Part shown: positions 20,736-31,393 of the stretch, one piece after another | Position numbering within the stretch: the first letter of the stretch is position 1 | Layout of the letters: every line of letters begins with the position of its first letter | Assembly (NCBI RefSeq): GCF_003334785.1 | Contig: NZ_QOWV01000012.1 | Source of the DNA: Escherichia coli | GTDB lineage: Bacteria; Pseudomonadota; Gammaproteobacteria; Enterobacterales; Enterobacteriaceae | Length of the DNA: 64,000 bases | Strand: one strand, 5' to 3' | Notes under the pieces: model-generated | Databases searched by the model: none | What the model was told of the DNA's origin: nothing | Seen by the model: only the letters and a program-made list of their open reading frames with translations | Position numbers and translations under genes: made by a program

Positions 20736-21266
20736 ATGAGAAACAAACCTTTTTATCTTCTGTGCGCTTTTTTGTGGCTGGCGGTGAGTCACGCTTTGGC
20801 TGCGGATAGCACGATTACTATCCGCGGCTATGTCAGAGATAACGGCTGTAGTGTGGCCGCTGAATCAACCAATTTTACTGTTGATCTGATGGAAAACGCG
20901 GCGAAGCAATTTAACAACATTGGCGCGACGACTCCTGTTGTTCCATTTCGTATTTTGCTGTCACCCTGTGGTAATGCCGTTTCTGCCGTAAAAGTTGGGT
21001 TTACCGGCGTTGCAGATAGCCACAATGCCAATCTGCTTGCACTTGAAAATACGGTGTCAGCGGCTTCGGGACTGGGAATACAGCTTCTGAATGAGCAGCA
21101 AAATCAAATACCCCTTAATGCTCCATCGTCCGCGATTTCGTGGACGACCCTGACGCCGGGTAAACCAAATACGTTGAATTTTTACGCCCGGCTAATGGCG
21201 ACACAGGTGCCTGTCACTGCGGGGCATATCAATGCCACGGCTACCTTCACTCTTGAATATCAGTAA
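20736..21266 (+). CDS. fimF: minor fimbrial subunit FimF
   Basis: [22 protein letters not shown] signal peptide; pilin ending ATFTLEYQ. Confidence 0.9.
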   Translation: MRNKPFYLLCAFLWLAVSHALAADSTITIRGYVRDNGCSVAAESTNFTVDLMENAAKQFNNIGATTPVVPFRILLSPCGNAVSAVKVGFTGVADSHNANLLALENTVSAASGLGIQLLNEQQNQIPLNAPSSAISWTTLTPGKPNTLNFYARLMATQVPVTAGHINATATFTLEYQ

Positions 21267-21278
21267 CTGGAGATGCTC

Positions 21279-21782
21279 ATGAAATGGCGCAAACGTGGGT
21301 ATTTATTGGCGGCAATATTGGCGCTCGCAAGTGCGACGATACAGGCAGCCGATGTCACCATCACGGTGAACGGTAAGGTCGTCGCCAAACCGTGTACGGT
21401 TTCCACCACCAATGCCACGGTTGATCTCGGCGATCTTTATTCTTTCAGTCTGATGTCTGCCGGGGCGGCATCGGCCTGGCATGATGTTGCGCTTGAGTTG
21501 ACTAATTGTCCGGTGGGAACGTCGAGGGTCACCGCCAGCTTCAGCGGGGCAGCCGACAGTACCGGATATTATAAAAACCAGGGGACCGCGCAAAACATCC
21601 AGTTAGAGCTACAGGATGACAGTGGCAACACATTGAATACTGGCGCAACCAAAACAGTTCAGGTGGATGATTCCTCACAATCAGCGCACTTCCCGTTACA
21701 GGTCAGAGCATTGACGGTAAATGGCGGAGCCACTCAGGGAACCATTCAGGCAGTGATTAGCATCACCTATACCTACAGCTGA
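21279..21782 (+). CDS. fimG: minor fimbrial subunit FimG
   Basis: MKWRKRGYLLAAILALASATIQA signal peptide; 167 aa. Confidence 0.9.
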   Translation: MKWRKRGYLLAAILALASATIQAADVTITVNGKVVAKPCTVSTTNATVDLGDLYSFSLMSAGAASAWHDVALELTNCPVGTSRVTASFSGAADSTGYYKNQGTAQNIQLELQDDSGNTLNTGATKTVQVDDSSQSAHFPLQVRALTVNGGATQGTIQAVISITYTYS

Positions 21783-21801
21783 ACCCGAAGAGATGATTGT
21801 A

Positions 21802-22704
21802 ATGAAACGAGTTATTACCCTGTTTGCTGTACTGCTGATGGGCTGGTCGGTAAATGCCTGGTCATTCGCCTGTAAAACCGCCAATGGTACCGCTATCCCT
21901 ATTGGCGGTGGCAGCGCCAATGTTTATGTAAACCTTGCGCCCGCCGTGAATGTGGGGCAAAACCTGGTCGTGGATCTTTCGACGCAAATCTTTTGCCATA
22001 ACGATTATCCGGAAACCATTACAGACTATGTCACACTGCAACGAGGCTCGGCTTATGGCAGCGTGTTATCTAATTTTTCCGGGACCGTAAAATATAGTGG
22101 CAGTAGCTATCCATTTCCTACCACCAGCGAAACGCCGCGCGTTGTTTATAATTCGAGAACGGATAAGCCGTGGCCGGTGGCGCTTTATTTGACGCCTGTG
22201 AGCAGTGCGGGCGGGGTGGCGATTAAAGCTGGCTCATTAATTGCCGTGCTTATTTTGCGACAGACCAACAACTATAACAGCGATGATTTTCAGTTTGTGT
22301 GGAATATTTACGCCAATAATGATGTGGTGGTGCCTACTGGCGGCTGCGATGTTTCTGCTCGTGATGTCACCGTTACTCTGCCGGACTACCCTGGTTCAGT
22401 GCCAATTCCTCTTACCGTTTATTGTGCGAAAAGCCAAAATCTGGGGTATTACCTCTCCGGCACAACCGTAGATGCGGGCAACTCGATTTTCACCAATACC
22501 GCGTCGTTTTCACCAGCGCAGGGCGTCGGCGTACAGTTGACGCGCAACGGTACGATTATTCCAGCGAATAACACGGTATCGTTAGGAGCAGTAGGGACTT
22601 CGGCGGTAAGTCTGGGATTAACGGCAAATTACGCACGTACCGGAGGGCAGGTGACTGCAGGGAATGTGCAATCGATTATTGGCGTGACTTTTGTTTATCA
22701 ATAA
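21802..22704 (+). CDS. fimH: mannose-binding fimbrial tip adhesin FimH
   Basis: MKRVITLFAVLLMGWSVNAWSFACKTANGTAIPIGGGSANVYVNLAPAVNVGQNLVVDLSTQIFCHNDYPETITDYVTLQRGSAYG...; 300 aa. Confidence 0.9.
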   Translation: MKRVITLFAVLLMGWSVNAWSFACKTANGTAIPIGGGSANVYVNLAPAVNVGQNLVVDLSTQIFCHNDYPETITDYVTLQRGSAYGSVLSNFSGTVKYSGSSYPFPTTSETPRVVYNSRTDKPWPVALYLTPVSSAGGVAIKAGSLIAVLILRQTNNYNSDDFQFVWNIYANNDVVVPTGGCDVSARDVTVTLPDYPGSVPIPLTVYCAKSQNLGYYLSGTTVDAGNSIFTNTASFSPAQGVGVQLTRNGTIIPANNTVSLGAVGTSAVSLGLTANYARTGGQVTAGNVQSIIGVTFVYQ

Positions 22705-22775
22705 AGAAATCACAGGGCATTGCTAATGCAGTTACGCAATATTACCTGAAGCTAAAAACCTGCACGTTAGCCCTT

Positions 22776-22813
22776 TGTAGGCCAGATAAGACGCGTCAGC
22801 GTCGCATCTGGCA
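22776..22813. repeat. REP-like palindromic element downstream of fimH
   Basis: tgtaggccagataagacgcgtcagcgtcgcatctggca resembles the REP consensus (GCC.GATGCG.CG...CGCATC.GGC). Confidence 0.5.
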
Positions 22814-22939
22814 TAAACAAAGCGCACTTTGCTGGTCTGTTCCCCTCACCCTAACCCTCTCCCCGGAGGGGCGAGGGGACTGTCCGGGCACATTTTTAGA
22901 CTTTGTCATCAGTCAGAGCCTGCCATTGGCAGGCTCTGG

Positions 22940-23131
22940 TGTTCTTTTACGCTACCTTGCTAATAATCAGCCCAACCACGGAGTTGACCAGCTCCAGCAG
23001 ACCCCAGGTTTTCAACGTGTCTTTTACTGACAGGTCAAAATTATCTAAGAGGCATTGCTAATGCAGCGAATGTGTCTGAACCTGCGGTCTTTGTCAGTAC
23101 CAGCATCAGGCCAATGCCGAATACCACCCAG
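22940..23131 (-). pseudogene. gntP: gluconate permease gntP remnant: first ~19 codons fused through ~55 bp of junction sequence to the last ~30 codons
   Basis: Minus strand reads MHVLNILWVVFGIGLMLVL, then [17 protein letters not shown] and a stop; downstream frame reads [29 protein letters not shown]; the ~1.1 kb transporter core is absent. Confidence 0.75.
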
Positions 23132-23204
23132 AGAATGTTAAGCACATGCATAACGTTTTACCTTACCTGGTTGAACCGTTGTTATTTTGGGCGACATGTT
23201 ATGT

Positions 23205-23222
23205 AAATTGGTCAACCATTGT
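23205..23222. promoter_or_regulatory. UxuR/ExuR-type operator (imperfect AAATTGGT..ACCAATT palindrome) upstream of uxuA
   Basis: aaattggtcaaccattgtt read from sequence. Confidence 0.45.
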
Positions 23223-23311
23223 TGCGATGAATGTCACATCCTCTGATCAATAACCATCGATTACCCTTTGCTGCAATTTGCAGCAACAACCATGAGAGTG
23301 AAATTCTTGTG

Positions 23312-23329
23312 ATGTGGTTAACCAATTTC
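23312..23329. promoter_or_regulatory. second UxuR/ExuR-like operator with adjacent TTGACA -35 element of the uxuA promoter region
   Basis: atgtggttaaccaatttc contains the palindrome TGGTTAACCA; TTGACA lies about 18 bp downstream. Confidence 0.4.
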
Positions 23330-23490
23330 AGAATTCGGGTTGACATGTCTTACCAAAAGGTAGAACTTATACGCCATCTCATCCGATGCAACGCCACGGC
23401 TGCGGTCTGGTTGTTCATCCGGATACCTAAACAACTCCAGGGTTCCGCGTCTCTTTGCTGTGGAACCCACTATGTGAAAGAGGAAAAATC

Positions 23491-24675
23491 ATGGAACAGA
23501 CCTGGCGCTGGTACGGCCCAAACGATCCGGTTTCTTTAGCTGATGTCCGTCAGGCGGGCGCAACTGGCGTGGTTACCGCGCTGCACCATATCCCGAACGG
23601 CGAAGTATGGTCCGTAGAAGAGATCCTCAAACGCAAGGCGATCGTTGAAGACGCAGGCCTGGTGTGGTCTGTCGTAGAAAGCGTACCAATTCACGAAGAT
23701 ATCAAAACCCACACTGGCAACTATGAGCAGTGGATCGCTAACTATCAGCAGACTCTGCGCAACCTGGCGCAGTGCGGCATTCGCACCGTGTGCTACAACT
23801 TCATGCCGGTGCTCGACTGGACCCGTACTGACCTCGAATACGTGCTGCCAGACGGCTCCAAAGCTCTGCGCTTCGACCAGATCGAATTCGCTGCATTCGA
23901 AATGCATATCCTGAAACGTCCAGGCGCGGAAGCGGATTACACCGAAGAAGAAATTGCTCAGGCTGCTGTTCGCTTCGCCACTATGAGCGACGAAGACAAA
24001 GCGCGTCTGACGCGTAACATCATTGCCGGTCTGCCGGGCGCGGAAGAAGGGTATACCCTCGACCAGTTCCGTAAGCACCTGGAGCTGTACAAAGATATCG
24101 ATAAAGCGAAGCTGCGCGAAAACTTTGCCGTCTTCCTGAAAGCGATTATTCCAGTTGCTGAAGAAGTTGGCGTGCGTATGGCGGTTCACCCGGACGATCC
24201 GCCGCGCCCGATCCTTGGCCTGCCGCGCATTGTTTCCACCATTGAAGATATGCAGTGGATGGTTGATACCGTAAACAGCATGGCGAACGGTTTCACCATG
24301 TGCACCGGTTCCTACGGCGTGCGTGCTGACAACGATCTGGTTGATATGATCAAGCAGTTCGGTCCGCGTATTTACTTCACCCATCTGCGCTCCACCATGC
24401 GTGAAGATAACCCGAAAACCTTCCACGAAGCGGCGCACCTGAACGGTGACGTTGATATGTACGAAGTGGTGAAAGCGATTGTTGAAGAAGAACACCGTCG
24501 TAAAGCGGAAGGCAAAGAAGACCTGATCCCGATGCGTCCGGACCACGGTCATCAGATGCTGGACGACCTGAAGAAGAAAACCAACCCAGGTTACTCCGCA
24601 ATTGGTCGTCTGAAAGGCCTGGCCGAAGTTCGCGGTGTCGAACTGGCGATCCAGCGCGCTTTCTTTAGCCGTTAA
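23491..24675 (+). CDS. uxuA: mannonate dehydratase UxuA
   Basis: [45 protein letters not shown]...; 394 aa from the internal Met. Confidence 0.9.
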
Positions 24676-24755
24676 TACCCACCGGCATGGCTGCGCGCCG
24701 TGCCGGTTCCTTCTTCCTTGCCGTCACTCTCTGAAGACGGATTCTGGAGTTTACG

Positions 24756-26216
24756 ATGACTACTATTGTTGACAGCAATCTGCCGGTTGCCCGCCCGTCA
24801 TGGGAGCATTCTCGTCTGGAATCACGCATTGTGCATCTCGGTTGCGGGGCGTTTCACCGCGCGCACCAGGCGCTGTATACCCATCACCTGCTGGAAAGCA
24901 CCGACAGCGACTGGGGTATCTGCGAAGTTAACCTGATGCCAGGCAACGACCGCGTGCTGATCGAAAACCTGAAAAAACAGCAACTGCTGTACACCGTGGC
25001 GGAAAAAGGCGCGGAAAGCACCGAGCTGAAAATTATCGGTTCGATGAAAGAAGCGCTGCATCCGGAAATCGACGGCTGCGAAGGTATTCTCAATGCGATG
25101 GCGCGTCCGCAGACGGCGATTGTCTCTCTGACAGTCACGGAAAAAGGCTACTGCGCTGATGCGGCAAGCGGTCAGCTGGATCTCAATAACCCACTGATCA
25201 AGCACGATCTGGAAAACCCGACTGCGCCGAAGTCCGCGATTGGTTACATCGTCGAAGCCCTGCGGCTGCGTCGTGAAAAAGGGTTGAAAGCGTTTACGGT
25301 GATGTCCTGCGATAACGTGCGTGAAAACGGCCATGTGGCGAAGGTCGCGGTACTGGGACTGGCTCAGGCGCGTGACCCGCAGCTGGCGGCATGGATTGAA
25401 GAGAACGTCACCTTCCCGTGCACCATGGTTGACCGCATCGTTCCGGCGGCGACGCCAGAAACCTTACAGGAAATTGCTGACCAGCTGGGCGTTTACGACC
25501 CGTGCGCCATTGCCTGCGAACCGTTCCGTCAGTGGGTGATTGAAGATAATTTCGTTAATGGTCGCCCGGACTGGGATAAAGTGGGCGCACAGTTCGTTGC
25601 AGACGTTGTGCCGTTCGAAATGATGAAGCTGCGTATGCTGAACGGTAGCCACTCTTTCCTGGCGTACCTCGGTTACCTCGGCGGCTATGAAACTATTGCC
25701 GACACCATGACTAACCCGGATTATCGCAAAGCGGCCTTTGCCCTGATGATGCAGGAACAAGCGCCAACGCTGTCGATGCCGGAAGGTACGGACCTGAACG
25801 CCTATGCGACGCTGCTGATCGAGCGTTTCAGCAACCCGTCTCTGCGTCACCGTACCTGGCAGATTGCGATGGACGGCAGCCAGAAGTTACCGCAGCGTCT
25901 GCTGGACCCGGTGCGTCTGCACCTGCAAAACGGCGGCAGCTGGCGTCACCTGGCGCTGGGCGTGGCTGGCTGGATGCGTTACACCCAGGGCGTGGATGAG
26001 CAGGGTAATGCCATTGACGTGGTCGACCCGATGCTGGCCGAGTTCCAGAAGATTAACGCGCAGTATCAGGGCGCAGACCGCGTGAAAGCGCTGCTAGGCC
26101 TGAGCGGTATTTTTGCCGATGATCTGCCGCAGAATGCCGACTTTGTTGGCGCGGTGACGGCGGCATATCAGCAGCTGTGCGAACGCGGTGCGCGCGAGTG
26201 TGTGGCTGCGCTGTAA
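24756..26216 (+). CDS. uxuB: D-mannonate oxidoreductase UxuB
   Basis: 486 aa; MTTIVDSNLPVARPSWEHSRLESRIVHLGCGAFHRAHQALY... NAD-binding N-terminus; operon with uxuA. Confidence 0.9.
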   Translation: MTTIVDSNLPVARPSWEHSRLESRIVHLGCGAFHRAHQALYTHHLLESTDSDWGICEVNLMPGNDRVLIENLKKQQLLYTVAEKGAESTELKIIGSMKEALHPEIDGCEGILNAMARPQTAIVSLTVTEKGYCADAASGQLDLNNPLIKHDLENPTAPKSAIGYIVEALRLRREKGLKAFTVMSCDNVRENGHVAKVAVLGLAQARDPQLAAWIEENVTFPCTMVDRIVPAATPETLQEIADQLGVYDPCAIACEPFRQWVIEDNFVNGRPDWDKVGAQFVADVVPFEMMKLRMLNGSHSFLAYLGYLGGYETIADTMTNPDYRKAAFALMMQEQAPTLSMPEGTDLNAYATLLIERFSNPSLRHRTWQIAMDGSQKLPQRLLDPVRLHLQNGGSWRHLALGVAGWMRYTQGVDEQGNAIDVVDPMLAEFQKINAQYQGADRVKALLGLSGIFADDLPQNADFVGAVTAAYQQLCERGARECVAAL

Positions 26217-26240
26217 CTAACTGATTACCCTACAGACTTA

Positions 26241-26286
26241 CTGGTCAATCAAACTGATATTTGGTTGACCAGTTTTCGTTTTTTTG
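26241..26286 (+). terminator. rho-independent terminator of uxuAB
   Basis: Hairpin ctggtcaatcaaa...tttggttgaccag followed by ttttcgtttttttg. Confidence 0.6.
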
Positions 26287-26356
26287 CCCACCTGTACGTG
26301 CCAACTTCCAGTGCTAATGGTATAGTTTGAGATTAACAGGGGCCGTAAAATTGCCC

Positions 26357-26395
26357 GTTGTAGGCCGGATAAGGCGTTCACGCCGCATCCGGCAA
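26357..26395. repeat. REP element between uxuB and uxuR
   Basis: gttgtaggccggataaggcgttcacgccgcatccggcaa matches the REP consensus. Confidence 0.6.
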
Positions 26396-26430
26396 AAATT
26401 TGATTAACCGCACCTAACGGACACAACACC

Positions 26431-27204
26431 ATGAAATCTGCCACCTCTGCGCAAAGACCTTACCAGGAAGTCGGGGCGATGATCCGCGATCTGATCATAA
26501 AGACGCCGTACAACCCTGGCGAACGGCTGCCGCCGGAGCGTGAAATTGCAGAAATGCTTGATGTCACGCGGACGGTGGTACGTGAAGCGCTGATCATGCT
26601 GGAGATCAAAGGGCTGGTGGAAGTACGCCGGGGTGCCGGTATCTATGTTCTTGATAACTCAGGCAGCCACAACACAGACAGTCCGGATGCCAACGTCTGC
26701 AATGATGCGGGTCCTTTTGAGCTGTTACAGGCGCGTCAGTTACTGGAAAGTAACATCGCCGAGTTTGCCGCCCTGCAGGCTACCCGCGAAGATATCGTCA
26801 AAATGCGTCAGGCATTGCAACTGGAAGAGCGTGAACTGGCTTCCAGCGCGCCGGGTAGCAGCGAAAGCGGTGATATGCAGTTCCATCTCGCCATTGCCGA
26901 AGCAACGCATAACAGCATGCTGGTGGAGCTGTTCCGTCAGTCCTGGCAGTGGCGGGAAAACAATCCAATGTGGATCCAGTTGCACAGCCATCTGGATGAC
27001 AGCCTGTATCGCAAAGAGTGGTTGGGCGATCACAAACAGATCCTCGCCGCGTTAATCAAAAAAGATGCCCGAGCGGCGAAGCTGGCAATGTGGCAGCATC
27101 TGGAAAACGTTAAGCAACGTCTGCTGGAATTCTCGAACGTTGACGATATTTATTTTGATGGCTATCTGTTTGATTCATGGCCGCTGGATAAAGTCGACGC
27201 CTGA
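26431..27204 (+). CDS. uxuR: GntR-family repressor UxuR
   Basis: 257 aa; N-terminal winged-helix (GERLPPEREIAEMLDVTRTVVREAL) plus FadR-like C-terminal domain. Confidence 0.9.
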   Translation: MKSATSAQRPYQEVGAMIRDLIIKTPYNPGERLPPEREIAEMLDVTRTVVREALIMLEIKGLVEVRRGAGIYVLDNSGSHNTDSPDANVCNDAGPFELLQARQLLESNIAEFAALQATREDIVKMRQALQLEERELASSAPGSSESGDMQFHLAIAEATHNSMLVELFRQSWQWRENNPMWIQLHSHLDDSLYRKEWLGDHKQILAALIKKDARAAKLAMWQHLENVKQRLLEFSNVDDIYFDGYLFDSWPLDKVDA

Positions 27205-27344
27205 CTTATTATAATAAGCGCAAGGGTAAACGTTCCTTGCGCTTTCTTAAATTAAGAAGTCGCAATGAGTATTACTTTGTAAATTGCAGGGTATTGTTTA
27301 GCTATCTGTATAACCTGAATGTTAGTACTCATTCTTCCTGGTAG

Positions 27345-28175
27345 TTATTTACCAATATAATTCCATTCACCATTTTTTAATTCAAACAGTTCTGGAAGAG
27401 ATGACGGTTGCAGAGTCATACGTTTGAGTGGTGCATTTTCATCACCCGGGATAACTTTATATCCCATTTTTGCATGGATCTCCGCGGTACCGGGATAGGC
27501 TTCTATACCAATTATTGGGTCATTACCCAACTCAATATTAGCATTAAGTAATGCGGCAAGGGCGAATCCGGAAGAATTTGCTACCCCTGTTACCGTCATT
27601 ATCTGATCAATATAGATATCAATCCTTGGCTGCTCATTGGTCCATCTTTTTGCCTGAGAAGCTGGAAGGGTTGAAATATATCCTATCGTGGTTCCGGCAT
27701 AACCAGGAACATTGCAACCAGGGCCTAATGTTATTTCATGAACTGTATAGTCCTCAACAGGATCGAAAGGGCTCTTCATAAATAAATTTAGCCGTAAACC
27801 TTCTGCTAACTCTGTGGTAGCATGCGCCTTTTTACATATGCCACCATATATTTCGTCTAAAGCTGAGGTGATTTTCAAGTTCCGATAGAGCATACGTCCT
27901 GTTGTTGTAATACCATCGGATTCTCTGCATGCTCCTGTCACATAATTAAATGGCCAGGGCTCTTTACTAATATCAAGTTTTCTAATTTCGACAACGCTTT
28001 TTCCATCGTAATTATGGTTATTGCCACGAGTAAGAGGCGGAAGATAGATGTTTTCCGAATCCATGCGTGCATATTTTAATTTACGTGTAAACTCACTGTC
28101 GACTATTGGGTGATGAAGGAAGTGAGCATCTGTAATAATTTGACTCTGAAGGGCATTGCTTAATGGCATAGACAT
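27345..28175 (-). CDS. yjiC: uncharacterized protein YjiC
   Basis: 276-aa ORF in the K-12 yjiC position, AT-rich, divergent from iraD. Confidence 0.75.
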   Translation of the reverse strand: MSMPLSNALQSQIITDAHFLHHPIVDSEFTRKLKYARMDSENIYLPPLTRGNNHNYDGKSVVEIRKLDISKEPWPFNYVTGACRESDGITTTGRMLYRNLKITSALDEIYGGICKKAHATTELAEGLRLNLFMKSPFDPVEDYTVHEITLGPGCNVPGYAGTTIGYISTLPASQAKRWTNEQPRIDIYIDQIMTVTGVANSSGFALAALLNANIELGNDPIIGIEAYPGTAEIHAKMGYKVIPGDENAPLKRMTLQPSSLPELFELKNGEWNYIGK

Positions 28176-28847
28176 AATAGTTACCTTTTATGAGTATTTC
28201 ACTGATGTTTAGAAAAATAGATAAATTTTTCTGTAGTAAAAAGAGAAGTAAACAAATGACATGCATGTTTCTATTGTAGTGATATCAACTCTACACGGTG
28301 ATATTAAAGGGTAGGAAACACTCTAAAGTATCAAAAAACGCTCATTTAAAATTATTTGCATGCAATTTAAAAGCATATCTTATTACTAATTGGAATTTGA
28401 TGTTGCTATATTGAGGTCTATATTAATAATGCCTGTGAATGGTATTTTTGATGTATTTGATATGTTATCAATTTATATTATTTACAAACTAATTGTTTCA
28501 AATAATACATGGCTGATTATGCGGAAATAAATAATTTCCCACCGGAATTAAGTAGCAGCGGTGACAAGTATTTTCATCTACGTAACTATTCGGAATATTC
28601 AGAATATACTAGCGGTTTTTTTTTGAGTTTGATGATTTTTATCAAATCATGACTTTTTTCCTGAAAAGTCAGTAGATATTCATAGGCAAGTAAGGTTTTA
28701 TACTTTGCTGACAGGATTCAGGCCTGTCTCAGACTGACATGGATGTAATGAACAAAAGGGAATGGCTATGGAAAATGAGCATCAATACAGTGGTGCCCGG
28801 TGTTCAGGGCAAGCCGCATATGTTGCTAAACGTCAGGAGTGCGCAAA

Positions 28848-29240
28848 ATGATGCGCCAATCACTTCAGGCTGTTTTACCTAAAATTTCAGGCAATAAAAC
28901 GTCATTGCTGCGTAAATCGGTATGCAGCGATCTCCTCACTCTTTTTAATTCTCCTCATTCGGCATTACCGTCATTACTTGTTTCAGGCATGCCCGAGTGG
29001 CAAGTGCATAACCCGAGCGACAAACATCTCCAGAGCTGGTATTGCCGTCAGCTGCGTTCTGCACTGTTATTTCATGAGCCACGGATTGCGGCGTTGCAGG
29101 TTAATCTGAAAGAAGCGTACTGCCACACTCTGGCGATCAGCCTTGAGATAATGCTGTACCACGACGATGAACCGCTAACGTTTGATCTGGTCTGGGATAA
29201 TGGCGGTTGGCGCAGTGCGACGCTGGAGAATGTCAGCTAA
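28848..29240 (+). CDS. iraD: anti-adaptor protein IraD (RpoS stabiliser)
   Basis: [56 protein letters not shown]...; 130 aa from the internal Met. Confidence 0.85.
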   Translation: MMRQSLQAVLPKISGNKTSLLRKSVCSDLLTLFNSPHSALPSLLVSGMPEWQVHNPSDKHLQSWYCRQLRSALLFHEPRIAALQVNLKEAYCHTLAISLEIMLYHDDEPLTFDLVWDNGGWRSATLENVS

Positions 29241-30144
29241 GCACAATCTCCAGCTCGCGCAGTTCACGCCAGAAGCGTTCGGCAACGGGATTCATGCGGG
29301 TATTCATCCGGTATGCATAGGCCTGAATCGGGATCACCAGTTCGTCCCGATTCAGTACAACGAGCTTCCCGCTGCGAATTTCTTGTTGGATGGCGTACTC
29401 CGGCAGCCAGGCAATCCCACAGCCGTCGAGGGCAACCTGCTTTAAAAGCTCGCTCATCGAAGAGACAAAAAAGGTGCTGAAACTTAACTCACTGTGGCGC
29501 GTCAGGGTGCGATTAATCAATCGCCCCATGTAGGAGTTGCGGCTGTAATTCAGTAACGGAAAGTGTGGCTGCGCGAGGTTAAAAAGTGCTTCTCCGTGTT
29601 CGTCACTGGCGCAGACAGGGAACAATTGAGATTCAAATAAGCGAATGTGGTCAAACGGCGCTTCCAGCAAATCTTCGTCGTGAAAGGAAAAAATACAGTC
29701 ACTTTGCCCTTCACGCAGTTTATCGACCGCTTCATCGACATCAATGGCTTCAATTGCCCAGGTAAAGAGCGGCGGCATCTGGCTGATAATGGACGGTAAC
29801 AGACCGAGGGAAAGAGAGTGTGCAGCGGCTATCTTGATTTTACGTTGCGCGTAATCGCTGCCGCCACGCAGCTCTGCCAGATTGCTCTCTAACTGTTGCA
29901 ACAGATGGCGGATCTGCGAATGGAAGATTTTCCCTTGTTCTGAGAGTTGCAGCGGCGTTACCTGGCGGTTAAACAATTCAACACCAATCGCCTGTTCCAG
30001 CGCACGGATGCGGCGGCTGAATGCCGGTTGCGAGACGTTGCGACTGACTGCCGCCTGGGAAAAATTGCGGCATTTTTCCAGGGTCAGAAAATCATAAAGC
30101 CATTTGGTTTCAATATTATGCAAAATCGCACCACAGTCATCCAT
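29233..30144 (-). CDS. hypT: LysR-family hypochlorite-responsive regulator HypT (YjiE)
   Basis: 303 aa; LysR helix-turn-helix N-terminus; 8-bp convergent overlap with iraD as in K-12. Confidence 0.85.
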   Translation of the reverse strand: MDDCGAILHNIETKWLYDFLTLEKCRNFSQAAVSRNVSQPAFSRRIRALEQAIGVELFNRQVTPLQLSEQGKIFHSQIRHLLQQLESNLAELRGGSDYAQRKIKIAAAHSLSLGLLPSIISQMPPLFTWAIEAIDVDEAVDKLREGQSDCIFSFHDEDLLEAPFDHIRLFESQLFPVCASDEHGEALFNLAQPHFPLLNYSRNSYMGRLINRTLTRHSELSFSTFFVSSMSELLKQVALDGCGIAWLPEYAIQQEIRSGKLVVLNRDELVIPIQAYAYRMNTRMNPVAERFWRELRELEIVLS

Positions 30145-30208
30145 TACGTTTTACTCTGTCAGCCGCCCTTGCGGGCATTCTACGTCCATTCGGGCGGCTG
30201 ACAACCGT

Positions 30209-31381
30209 TTAAGCCGTTTCAAACGTTCCTTTCACGCAGGCTTTGCCGTCTTTGACCATCAGTTTGCCGCGAGCGTATACCTGCTCAATGCGCAGTTCTG
30301 GCGTCATGACCAGCAAGTCAGCATCATTGCCTGGCAGAATTTCGCCTTTCCCGGTCAGGTTAAGGAAACCGGCTACGCTACTGGTGAGCGGGCGCAGGGC
30401 ATCGCTGATACTGAAATCATAGTCTTTGACCAGCACCTGCACGGTTTCCAGCAACGTTTCAAAACCTGCAACACCGATATGGGTTAAATTCCCTTCGTCA
30501 TCGAAGAACGGCTGGCTACCGTTGCCGTCGGAGCTGAGGGTGACGCGTGCCAGCGGAATACCCGCCTGAACGGCGCGGGCAATACCTTCGGCAGGGGCGA
30601 CCGGTTCGTCAATGCTGCTGGTGATATCGATGGTGCCGCCTTTGCGCGCGAACTCCAGCGCCTGCTCAAACAACGGTACGTTGCGGTTAACGTGGGTCGG
30701 CAGCAGCTTGCTGATCGGCACATCGCAGTTTTCCAGCAGGTCATAAATAGGCTGTAACGCCTTTTTACTGTCGCCCATGTGGAACACGGTGACGCCAGGT
30801 TTACCGCCGAGCAAACCGCCAACGCGGGATTCTGCCGCCATATTGGCCAGGTGATAAACGTCCGGTGCGGCAGAACGGTGATCAGAGATGGCGCATTTCA
30901 CGCCAATCACACGATCGATAATCGCCACGTCTTTTTCCACGGAACCCGTAATGGTGCGGGAAGGGACATGATAAGCGCCGGTCAGCATCCAGGCGCTGAT
31001 GCCTTCTTCATTGAGCGCACGGGTCTTGGCGAGCAGGGATTCCGGGTGGCGAGAGATAGAGTCGGTGCCCAGCAGACCAACCACTGACGTGACGCCCGCT
31101 TCCGTCAGGCGACTTAGCGCCACTTCCGGCGTGCGCGTCGTGGGACCTGCTTCGCCGCCACCGCCAATCAAATGGACGTGTTGATCAATAAAACCTGGGC
31201 AGAGGATCTGCCCACTGAGATCGACAACCGTGCAGTTCGGTACAATGTCAGAAGGGATATTGCTGGCAACGGCGATAATTTTGCCGTTAGCGACGAGGAC
31301 ATCGCAAATTCCCCGATCTTCCGGCGCATACAAATGCGCTCCCTGCAGCAGGGTAAAACCGGCTGCGGTATAATCAATCAT
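30209..31381 (-). CDS. iadA: isoaspartyl dipeptidase IadA
   Basis: 390 aa; amidohydrolase HxH metal motif (FIDQHVHLIGGGGEAG). Confidence 0.9.
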   Translation of the reverse strand: MIDYTAAGFTLLQGAHLYAPEDRGICDVLVANGKIIAVASNIPSDIVPNCTVVDLSGQILCPGFIDQHVHLIGGGGEAGPTTRTPEVALSRLTEAGVTSVVGLLGTDSISRHPESLLAKTRALNEEGISAWMLTGAYHVPSRTITGSVEKDVAIIDRVIGVKCAISDHRSAAPDVYHLANMAAESRVGGLLGGKPGVTVFHMGDSKKALQPIYDLLENCDVPISKLLPTHVNRNVPLFEQALEFARKGGTIDITSSIDEPVAPAEGIARAVQAGIPLARVTLSSDGNGSQPFFDDEGNLTHIGVAGFETLLETVQVLVKDYDFSISDALRPLTSSVAGFLNLTGKGEILPGNDADLLVMTPELRIEQVYARGKLMVKDGKACVKGTFETA

Positions 31382-31393
31382 GGTAACTCCTTG

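Noticed and set aside
22915-22950. Palindrome agagcctgccattggcaggctct as an independent regulatory element
   Set aside because: Most simply the residual terminator or REP-associated hairpin at the 3' end of the gntP remnant; no further evidence of function.
23231-23539. 102-aa ORF across the uxuA promoter and start
   Set aside because: Spans the operator/promoter region and runs into uxuA out of frame; uxuA start at 23491 is supported by the conserved N-terminus.
23536-24552. 338-aa ORF antisense to uxuA
   Set aside because: Lies entirely inside the well-supported uxuA coding region on the opposite strand; typical shadow ORF of GC-rich coding DNA.
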